20,000 bases of DNA, taken from an uncultured virus (IMG/VR IMGVR_UViG_3300046170_000536). Its lineage: Duplodnaviria > Heunggongvirae > Uroviricota > Caudoviricetes. Position 1 is the first letter of the stretch. Every line of letters begins with the position of its first letter. Shown piece by piece: positions 12,001 to 18,316 of this stretch. Position numbers and translations under genes: made by a program. The stretch lies in IMG/VR virus record IMGVR_UViG_3300046170_000536; one strand, given 5' to 3'. The notes beneath the pieces were generated by a model. The model was not told the origin of the DNA and made no database searches. It worked only from the letters and a program-made list of their open reading frames with translations.

Positions 12001-13653
12001 TTCCGTGGGGACAGCGTGGCTCCGGACCACACCGGGAGGATGGTGTTGGTATTCTCTCCAGGACAAATCAAAGCCTTCACGGACACCGGCACGACAACCG
12101 CAACCCCGAGCGTCCTTACGGGATACGACCTGACCCTTGGGAGCTCCTCCTCTGGGATGATACAGGTCTTTCACGGGGGGCTTGATGACGCCTCAGCCTC
12201 TTGCCTGCTCGCGGGACTGGAGGTTCCCGTCTCTGCAGATGGCCTCGAGGTTCTGGCGTCAGAGCCCTTTGACAGGATGGTGGCTACCGGGAGCGGCTCG
12301 GGGGAGTATACCTTTTCAGACTCTCAAGGGAATGCTCTGAGGCACGGGAGGTGCGAGTCGGACTGGCTGGGTCAGGAGCTTGACGCCAAGGTTCTTGCCA
12401 TATTCTCCCCTGTCTATGCCGTCGGGGGACCCGAGCCCTTCTTGGATTCGGTCCCCGGCCTCGGCTTCCTGCATGTCTCCCTCCGGTGCAGCAAGCTTGA
12501 CACCGTGCTGCTCAGGTATGGAGACGTCGAGCTGTATGCCGCCGCGGACGCCAGTCTTGAGGTGACCGTCTCTGGGACGAAGCGTGTGTACGGGCACGGC
12601 TGGGCGAGGGATGTCTGGGTGCCCGTCATTCTGGACACCGCCACCGGGGACCTGAACCTGAACGGAAACCCGGTCTCTCCGGACACGCAGGGACCACACA
12701 CTCTGAGTGCCTCTTCGGGCATGTCCGCAGGCGCGGGTGCTCTCGTAGCAAACCCGCAAGTGACCTCCGAGCCTTACTTCCTCGCAATGATCGACCCAGT
12801 CTTCGGAAGCGTCAGTGACTTTGTCGCTGGGAGTAAGGTCCTCGTGGGCTCGAGGACGGCTTACACCGACGGCCGCATTGACCCCGCCTTCTCCGTGAAC
12901 TCCCCCCAGGAAGATGTGAGCTTCGTGCTCCATCCTGACAGTGCGGGCGTCTATCCGAGCGACAACCGGCCCTTCATGGCAGACCTTGGGAAGGAGGTGA
13001 GCTGCTCGGGGGTATTGGTGACCCTGAGTGGGCCAGTGGAGAGGTGCGAGATCTGGCTATCTCCCAATGGAACCTCCTGGCACAAGTCTCTCGGCACATT
13101 CACTCGTTACTCTGGGAATATCAGGTACGCGGTTGTCTCGCACAGTGATCCGACCGTAAGCCTTAAGCGCATAAGAGTCCTCGCCTACGACACGACGACC
13201 GTGCGCGACGCCTCCCACCTGACTTACACGGGCGCTCGCTCACTCACTTACTCGAGGGGGGTTGGACCTTCCAGGGTTATTACACACTGCATCGGTTCTG
13301 CCGAGCCCTCGAAGCGACCGGACAGACTGTTCAGCGCCAGGAGTTACCCCGTCGGCAAGTACTCGGTCGAGGCAGGGAAGCTCTTTGACTTCTCCTTCCA
13401 GGGCGCTCTCTCCAAGGGCTCCCGTGTGATAGACTCGGTGAGCATGCTTTCGTCCGGGGAGACGGTGGACGCGGAGGACGTTGGGCAGGGGGGCTACACC
13501 GGGGGGGTCCCTCTGCTGGCCTCATCGCAAGCTACACTGCCCGAGCATTGGGTGCTGGAAATGAATATGCAGTCAAACACAGAGGTCACGTTTGGGGGGA
13601 GGCTCAAGGTGACTATGGGAGCGAATGGGATTCCAGCTATAGCTTGGAGTTGA
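1..13653 (+). CDS. Giant modular collagen-like surface/fibre protein (~4,500+ aa, N-terminus outside window, split by many +1 frameshifts)
   Basis: Frame 2 is open from the window start ([15 protein letters not shown]...). Protein-like stretches of ORFs 20, 843, 1711, 2264, 2343, 2670, 3050, 3369, 3562, 3968, 4308, 4411, 4532, 5907, 6761, 8965, 9084, 9689, 10024, 10142, 11520 and 11977 join end to end. Gly-X-Y register and domain motifs continue across the switches (e.g. ~806, ~2012, ~3024, ~3570, ~5966). No AT-rich intergenic gap appears before TGA at 13651-13653. Confidence 0.8.
2..210 (+). other. C-terminal part of a LamG/concanavalin A-like domain
   Basis: [21 protein letters not shown] ... 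[15 protein letters not shown] resembles the LamG pattern WHHVAxxW...LYVDG ... RALSxxEIxxL. Confidence 0.5.
286..775 (+). repeat. Collagen Gly-X-Y tract 1
   Basis: [19 protein letters not shown]...[12 protein letters not shown] with a few interruptions; recurring GVSGP, GIQG and GEIG. Confidence 0.95.
780..1205 (+). other. C1q/TNF-like (BclA C-terminal-like) jelly-roll domain 1
   Basis: Beta-rich ~140 aa segment right after collagen, ending [21 protein letters not shown]...SRLEAF, similar to the C1q LxLxxGDxV...F signature. Confidence 0.4.
1210..1548 (+). repeat. Collagen Gly-X-Y tract 2 (contains GECGDCG)
   Basis: [22 protein letters not shown]...[12 protein letters not shown] in ORF 843..2279. 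Confidence 0.95.
1700..2145 (+). other. F5/8 type C (discoidin)/galactose-binding-like domain 1
   Basis: [19 protein letters not shown]...AAVQYWD...(+1 shift ~2012)...[12 protein letters not shown]...SVEFFG follows the WxxVDLG...I..v.i / RYxRL / ELEvyG layout. Confidence 0.6.
2400..3660 (+). other. YHYH-family domain interrupted by a LamG-like insertion
   Basis: [10 protein letters not shown] (~2415-2445), [14 protein letters not shown] (2540-2581) and [30 protein letters not shown] (~3561-3660) match YHYH-family motifs (IGvAlNGvP, iGwAlDGfPIYG, DLDecnG...TPefP.GtYhY). Confidence 0.7.
2760..3240 (+). other. LamG/concanavalin A-like domain
   Basis: PFTVTFWL...[12 protein letters not shown](+1 at ~3024)[12 protein letters not shown]...FQIGS...[13 protein letters not shown] gives a full LamG-like motif set once one base is removed. 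Confidence 0.75.
3925..4160 (+). repeat. Collagen Gly-X-Y tract 3
   Basis: GVSGPMGP...[22 protein letters not shown]...GAAGE across ORFs 3562 and 3968. Confidence 0.9.
4165..4665 (+). other. C1q/TNF-like domain 2
   Basis: FQAF...[16 protein letters not shown]...[16 protein letters not shown]...SFGMHLI parallels C1q FtapvaGvYyf...vlL..GD.V.l...FsGfLl; rebuilt across three +1 shifts. Confidence 0.45.
4668..5185 (+). repeat. Collagen Gly-X-Y tract 4, with tandem GxQGVSGPx units
   Basis: [36 protein letters not shown], a 9-aa periodicity in ORF 4532..6100. Confidence 0.95.
5911..6700 (+). repeat. Collagen tracts 5 and 6 (separated by a ~85 aa spacer at ~6155-6405)
   Basis: GPSGPAGTG...GPRGDPG, then GEQGPTGP...GPRGQ. 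Several +1 shifts between ~6430 and ~6620 hide the second tract in the ORF track. Confidence 0.85.
7039..7897 (+). repeat. Collagen tracts 7 and 8 flanking a tail-fibre-type spacer domain (~7290-7638)
   Basis: [15 protein letters not shown]... and [16 protein letters not shown]...GEAGVQGA in ORF 6761..8998. Confidence 0.9.
9061..9755 (+). repeat. Collagen tracts 9 and 10 (GVSGPx hexapeptide array at ~9475-9680) flanking a spacer domain
   Basis: [39 protein letters not shown]... in ORF 9084..9704. Confidence 0.9.
10408..10784 (+). repeat. Collagen tract 11 with repeated STV(P/A)GP interruptions
   Basis: Six ST(V/A)(P/A)GP units; DNA-level repeats such as GGACCGGCAGGACCGACAGGCGCCGCCAGCACCG at ~10462 and ~10535. 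Confidence 0.95.
11200..11570 (+). other. LamG/concanavalin A-like domain
   Basis: [26 protein letters not shown]...[22 protein letters not shown] matches the LamG motif order. Confidence 0.65.
12930..13190 (+). other. F5/8 type C-like domain 2
   Basis: [17 protein letters not shown]...[11 protein letters not shown]...IRYAVV...LKRIRVLA follows the DLG / S.DG..W / RY pattern. Confidence 0.55.
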
Positions 13654-15091
13654 CGAGCTTGAAGTTGGTCTCCATGCCCTCCTCCTTCACCTTGGGCCTC
13701 ACAGAGTGCTCGAGCATGTTCCAGGGGGCTTCGCTGGGACGAGACATCCTGTGCCTCCACGTGGCCAGGATGCGGAGTTCCTCGATGTAGATGTCGTTGA
13801 CGGTCATCGTGAGGTTCACCTCGTCCTCCTCGAAGAAAGGCTCCAGTTTCGCATCCTGTGCTGCGGCGAATGCCTCCATGTTGTTGGATTCGCAGAAGGG
13901 AGACCAAATCTGAATATAGACCATCTTTGCGGCTTCCTCACTGTACCGGCTGCTCACATCGAAGAAACGCTCGAAGTAGCAACGCTTGCAATAGTCCGGA
14001 GCGCTGTGCACGCACTTGATAATATTCAACGTTTCCTGTAAATACATCTCCAGCTCATGCTCATCGTCAATGCTGGAAAATGGGGTTCCTTCATCGTGAA
14101 ATATGTGAAAACTACTCCTCTCCAAAAAAGGCATCAAGCTCCGGGGGCAGCGCTTCTGCCTGAAATGATCATTGTCCAAAAGTATCTTCTGGAGAATACC
14201 ATCCATAATTGGAGCCCACCATGGGAATGCCTCTCGAAGGAAGGCCTGCTGAAGGAGGGGAGAGTCCAGACAGTGAAGATTCATACCCGCAATATCCTCG
14301 ATACTCATGCCAAAAGTTCCACGGCTCAGGTAGCAGATCCAGGTTGTCACATGACGTTGACGACATTGATATAAGTCCGAGGCAAACATGCTCATGATGT
14401 AGCACTTCAAAACGGTGTCCGTGAGACAGCCAGGATGGCAGAAAACCTTGGAAGCTGCAACCATTGCCAGAGATACGATCACATTCCAATGCTCGAAGTA
14501 CACCTCATGGCGCGGCGAGTCAATAATGAAAGTCTCGAAGGAAACGAAAGACTTCGACACATCGAATATGTTTTGGCACAGCCGAAAGCAGATGTACCAC
14601 AGAATGCACATCCATTCCTCCGTGTCAAAGTCACCACCATTCTGCGAGTTGACGACGACGCCCCACAGGAACGCCACTACGCCGAAGAAGGCGTCAGGAG
14701 ACCCGTTGTACGAGAACCGATCGCCTCCTCCCTGCGATGAAATGTCTGTCTCAGGACCAGTTCGTTGCTCAGGATAAATCGGGGGGCTTACCTGATTCTT
14801 CTTGTAGTTGTCGTCCCTGTTCACGATGCTCTCGACACGCCGCTGAAACGCGTCTTGCGCCTCGGCAGCGTCAAAGTTGACCACCTCGTCGTTCGTGAAC
14901 TGCACCTTCAGCTGGGTCTCCTCCCTGTACTCCTGCTTGAGCTTGCCAAGAGCGTCTCGCTTTCGCTGTTTGCGCAAGGGAGCGTTGGGGATGGCGTGCG
15001 CGTGAGCGCTGGGTTCGGTGTGCGCGCTTGTGATTTGGGACCGGGACTTGCGCCCGCGTGTGGGGTGGGAGCGCACCAGGTAGGACGCCAT
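13637..15091 (-). CDS. Hypothetical protein (484 aa), no recognisable family
   Basis: Uninterrupted ORF. The likely start is MASYLVRSHP (ATG at 15091); the extension to 15304 crosses low-complexity intergenic DNA and overlaps the patatin start. Basic NLS-like N-terminus (RGRKSR, LRKQRKR), then a Cys/aromatic-rich body. Confidence 0.75.
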   Translation of the reverse strand: MASYLVRSHPTRGRKSRSQITSAHTEPSAHAHAIPNAPLRKQRKRDALGKLKQEYREETQLKVQFTNDEVVNFDAAEAQDAFQRRVESIVNRDDNYKKNQVSPPIYPEQRTGPETDISSQGGGDRFSYNGSPDAFFGVVAFLWGVVVNSQNGGDFDTEEWMCILWYICFRLCQNIFDVSKSFVSFETFIIDSPRHEVYFEHWNVIVSLAMVAASKVFCHPGCLTDTVLKCYIMSMFASDLYQCRQRHVTTWICYLSRGTFGMSIEDIAGMNLHCLDSPLLQQAFLREAFPWWAPIMDGILQKILLDNDHFRQKRCPRSLMPFLERSSFHIFHDEGTPFSSIDDEHELEMYLQETLNIIKCVHSAPDYCKRCYFERFFDVSSRYSEEAAKMVYIQIWSPFCESNNMEAFAAAQDAKLEPFFEEDEVNLTMTVNDIYIEELRILATWRHRMSRPSEAPWNMLEHSVRPKVKEEGMETNFKLVNSKL

Positions 15092-15269
15092 CGAGCCTCG
15101 TCGGCGTGCGTGGTGCCCCCCTCCCCCTCTGGAAAAAATGTGGATTATTCCACTTTTTGCGGTTCGGTCTCGCGGGGGTGGTTCGATATTAGGGGGGGGG
15201 GGTCTAATTAGGGTTTCTGTCAAGAGCTCCAGATGATGCAGATTCGATAAAATTTTATAAACGACTTGT
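15092..15269. promoter_or_regulatory. Divergent intergenic/promoter region
   Basis: Lies between two divergent ATGs. Contains an imperfect hairpin AAAAATGTGGA-TTAT-TCCACTTTTT (~15134-15158), a G11 run (15192-15202), TTAGGGTTT (15208-15216) and the palindrome ATAAAATTTTAT (15247-15258). Confidence 0.55.
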
Positions 15270-16074
15270 ATGTATTGCATCATCCTGGAAGGGGGGGGCG
15301 TCAAAGGGCTTGCTCACGTTGGAGCAATCAACGCATTCGAGAACTACCACCAGGTGACCCATGTTGCAGGGAGTAGCGCGGGGAGCCAGGTTGCCGCGCT
15401 GATTGCCGCAGGGTTCACTCCCTCCGAGATGAAAGACATCATCTGGAGCATGCCGCTATCCAAGTTTCTCGATTCTTCCTGGGGCTATCTGAGGAATATC
15501 GTGCGCCTGGTGACCAAGTACGGCTACTGCTCTGGCAAGTTCATGGAGGAGTACGTGGATAAAGTCCTGGAAAACAAGACAGGGAAAAGAGAAATCACCT
15601 TCTCCGAGCTGTACACCATCTCTGGAAAACACCTGAAGATTACCGGGACTTGCCTGAACGATGGAAGTCTCAGGTGGTTTGATCACATCCTGACGCCCTG
15701 ATATGCCTGTGTCCAAGGCTGTGCGCATCTCATCATCTGTTCCCCTCGCCTTTGTTCCAGTGAAATGGAAAGGTGAGACCTTCGTGGATGGCGGGTGCCT
15801 GCGCAATTTGCCCGTGAATGCATTCCCCGATGTGCCAGGGGTTGCTCTTGACCTGTACCAGAAGCAGACGGACACGTGGTCGTCCACCTTCACCGGGTAT
15901 GTTGGAAGGGTCATCGACGTCATAGTGAACGCTGCGAACAGGACTCACGAAAATCCTCTGGTTAGGACTGTCAAGATTGACACGGGGAGCATCGAGACGC
16001 TCGACTTTGACATGGTCGAGGATCAGAAGCGCTTCCTGTATAAGGCTGGGTTCAATGCTGTAAGCTTACAATGA
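15270..16074 (+). CDS. Patatin-like phospholipase (one +1 frameshift at ~15698)
   Basis: Glycine loop EGGGVKG, nucleophile GSSAG (GxSxG), AVRISSSVP and catalytic DGG. ORFs 15270..15701 and 15703..16074 join by removing one C in ACGCCCTGAT (..LTPDMPV..). Confidence 0.92.
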
Positions 16075-16404
16075 ATCGAGTTTTTTCATCGTGTTTTTGA
16101 CGGCTTCGTCGAGCAGCCAATCATCTTTCGTTTTGAAAAATCGAAATCCCTTTTGAGACTGGCGCGACTTCAGATTCTTTAGCTGACCATGCAGCTGAAA
16201 TATTTTGAAAATCAGTTGCAGGGTGTACATAGGGACGTGAAACGAATGCAGCTGTCTACGAATGTGATTCATCTCCTCAAGCTTCTCGTTGGTCATCTTG
16301 GTTTTAGCCATGTTGTTGAGCCTCTGCGTAAGAAATTGCCTCTTCCTGAGAATGACGAATGCATCCTGAATAGCTTCTGCTTGCCGCCTCTGGCTTCTTT
16401 CCAT
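16066..16404 (-). CDS. Small basic, helical hypothetical protein (~112 aa)
   Basis: Likely start MERSQRRQ (ATG at 16404), preceded on the minus strand by an AT-rich AAAAAAAATATTCGATAT stretch; convergent with patatin. Confidence 0.55.
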   Translation of the reverse strand: MERSQRRQAEAIQDAFVILRKRQFLTQRLNNMAKTKMTNEKLEEMNHIRRQLHSFHVPMYTLQLIFKIFQLHGQLKNLKSRQSQKGFRFFKTKDDWLLDEAVKNTMKKLDSL

Positions 16405-16464
16405 GATACAGATATCGAATATTTTTTTTGGGTTCCGCGTTAGAGACAGAGCGGATGCTTCTGA

Positions 16465-16635
16465 ATGGAGCTCCCTGAGGACATCCAGATGCTGATATGG
16501 CGCGTGTATTTCAACGAGCATGTCTTGAAGCTATTCCGGCACAAGGACTGGTGGTTCCACACAGTCGAGTGTAGAGTCAGGAAAGGACGCTTTCACGACA
16601 TGGTCTCTTACCTGGATGCAGAATTAGTCGTCTAA
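16465..16635 (+). CDS. 56-aa protein with F-box-like N-terminus (not in ORF track)
   Basis: My translation: MELPEDIQMLIWRVYFNEHVLKLFRHKDWWFHTVECRVRKGRFHDMVSYLDAELVV*. LPEDI..lIw resembles the first F-box helix, and the ORF fills the gap between neighbours. Confidence 0.55.
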   Translation: MELPEDIQMLIWRVYFNEHVLKLFRHKDWWFHTVECRVRKGRFHDMVSYLDAELVV

Positions 16636-16738
16636 GATGAAGCTGCTTCGATGAAAGCTTTCATGAATTCCAAGTTGAAACCTGACATTCCCGAGCCGGG
16701 ATAGGTGTATAATTTAAATTACAAAAGGTTACCCCGAT

Positions 16739-17842
16739 ATGGACTCCCCTCCCTCCAGAGATCTGTCAAGAGCACGTCTGCAAGTCCCTCAGCCCCATTG
16801 AGCGCGCCGCTCTCCGGGGGGTGAATCGGAGGAGCAAGGCGGTCATCCCTCCCATCAAGGGGAGGCTTCCCGCGCGAGAGGCCTTCGGGTCCGTCGAGAT
16901 GATGCACTGGGCCCTTTCGGAGAACCCCGACTTGATGAACGACCCAAGATCGTGCGAGGCGGCGGTCGAGTCCGGCAACCTCGAGGTGCTCAAGGAGGCG
17001 AGGGGAGAACGGCTGCCCGTGGGACGAGAACACGTGCAGGGCAGCGGCTGAGGGTGGGCACCTGGAGGTGCTGAAGTGGGCGAGGGAGTACGGCTGCCCG
17101 TGGGACGAAGGAACGTGCCAATCAGCGGCTGAGGAGGGGAACCTGGAGGTGCTGCAGTGGGCGAGGGAGAACGGCTGCCCGTGGGACGAGGACACGTGCC
17201 AATCAGCGGCAGAAGGCGGGGCACCTGGAGGTGCTACAGTGGGCGAGGGAGCAAGGATGCCCTTGGGACGAGGTCACGTGCTCCGGTGCGGCAGAAGGAG
17301 GGCACCTGGAGGTGCTGCAGTGGGCGAGGGAGAACGGCTGCCCGTGGGGCGAGGACACGTGCTGGGGAGCAGCACTTGGAGGGCACATGGACATCCTGAA
17401 GTGGGCGAGGGAGCAAGGCTGCCCTTGGGACGAGAACACGTGCATAATGGCATCAAGAGGAGGACATCTGGAGATGCTACAGTGGGCGAGGCAGAACGGA
17501 TGCCCCTGGGACAAGTGCACGTGCTTCGGTGCGGCAGAAGGAGGACACCTGGAGGTGCTGCAGTGGGTGAGGGAGCAAGGCTGCCCTTGGGACGAGGACA
17601 TGTGCGCAAAGGCAGCACTTAGAGGGCACCTGGAGGTGCTGCAGTGGGCGAGGGAGCAAGGCTGCCCTTGGGACGAGAACACGTGCATAATGGCAGCAAG
17701 AGGAGGACATCTGGAGATGCTACAGTGGGCGAGGCAGAACGGATGCCCCTGGGACAAGCGCACGTGCTCGGCCGCGGCAAAGGCGGGGCATCCGGAAATT
17801 CTGAAGTGGGTGAGGGAGAACGGCTGCCCTTGGGGAATTTGA
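16739..17842 (+). CDS. F-box-like + ankyrin-like repeat protein (about 11 x 27-aa repeats; three +1 frameshifts)
   Basis: MDS(+1)LPPEICQEHVCKSLSPIERAALRGVNRRSKAVI is F-box-like. It is followed by GCPWDExTCxxAAxGGHLEVLQWARExG repeats of the type common in giant viruses and green algae. Shifts at ~16748, ~17003 and ~17220. Confidence 0.88.
16950..17832 (+). repeat. 81-bp coding tandem repeat (ankyrin-like units)
   Basis: GG(C/A)TGCCC(G/T/C)TGGG recurs every ~81 nt; 17400-17525 and 17643-17768 differ at only 2 of 126 positions. Confidence 0.95.
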
Positions 17843-17864
17843 GCTTGAGTGATGTAATTAAAAA

Positions 17865-18266
17865 ATGGAGCCGCCCCAGCCCAAGGTCCCATGCGTGTTC
17901 GTCTTGGACCTGGCCAAGCTCATCGGCAAGGGTTACAACGACTCGAGCGTTATCATCAGAATCCTCAGGTGGGCGAAGGAGGAGAACGGGTGCATGTGGG
18001 ACGAGGCCACTTGGCGATTTTGCAGTGGGCTACGGAGAATGGTTGCCCTTGGGACAAGGACACATGCTCAGTCGCGGCAGATGGAGGCCACCTGGAGATG
18101 CTACAGTGGGCGAGGCAGAAAGGACGGATGCCCCAGGGACAAGCGCACGTGCATGGCTGCGGCAAGGGGAGGACACCTGGAGGTGCTGCAGTGGGCGAGG
18201 GCCCATGGCTGCCCCTGGGACGAGATCACGTGCGCGGCTGCGGTACGGCGAGGATCAAACGGATAA
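17865..18266 (+). CDS. Short, degenerate ankyrin-like repeat protein (frameshifted; possible pseudogene)
   Basis: The start follows TAATTAAAAA. Repeat fragments ENGCMWDEAT, HLAILQWATENGCPWDKDTCSVAADGGHLEMLQWARQ and DKRTCMAAARGGHLEVLQWARAHGCPWDEITC are spread over ORFs 17865, 17891 and 17644; one repeat is internally deleted. Confidence 0.7.
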   Translation: MEPPQPKVPCVFVLDLAKLIGKGYNDSSVIIRILRWAKEENGCMWDEATWRFCSGLRRMVALGTRTHAQSRQMEATWRCYSGRGRKDGCPRDKRTCMAAARGGHLEVLQWARAHGCPWDEITCAAAVRRGSNG

Positions 18267-18316
18267 TTCAGGTTGCAAGCTTTGGTTAATATTTTTTGTC
18301 GAGTTGAATACAACAT

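Noticed and set aside
243..13525. Numerous minus-strand and alternate-frame ORFs (e.g. 243..1217, 5777..6514, 9898..10875)
   Set aside because: Shadow ORFs of GC-rich, repetitive coding DNA; the Pro/Gly patterns are the antisense of collagen codons.
15092..15304. 71-aa N-terminal extension of the minus-strand ORF
   Set aside because: It translates homopolymer-rich intergenic DNA (PPPP, GGGG) and overlaps the patatin start; ATG 15091 is more plausible.
16405..16521. Upstream start (16521) of the 151-aa minus ORF
   Set aside because: It overlaps the more protein-like 56-aa plus-strand ORF and crosses an AT-rich promoter-like tract.
17400..17768. Diversity-generating retroelement TR/VR pair
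   Set aside because: Only two mismatches, at T rather than A on the coding strand. Both copies lie in frame within one tandem array, and no reverse transcriptase is in the window.
16719..17892. Minus-strand repeat ORFs (SSQGQPCSLAHCSTSRCPP)
   Set aside because: Antisense reading of the ankyrin-like repeats.
16950..18240. CRISPR-like array
   Set aside because: The 81-bp period is a multiple of 3, whole units are homologous and encode ankyrin-like repeats, and there are no unique spacers or cas genes.
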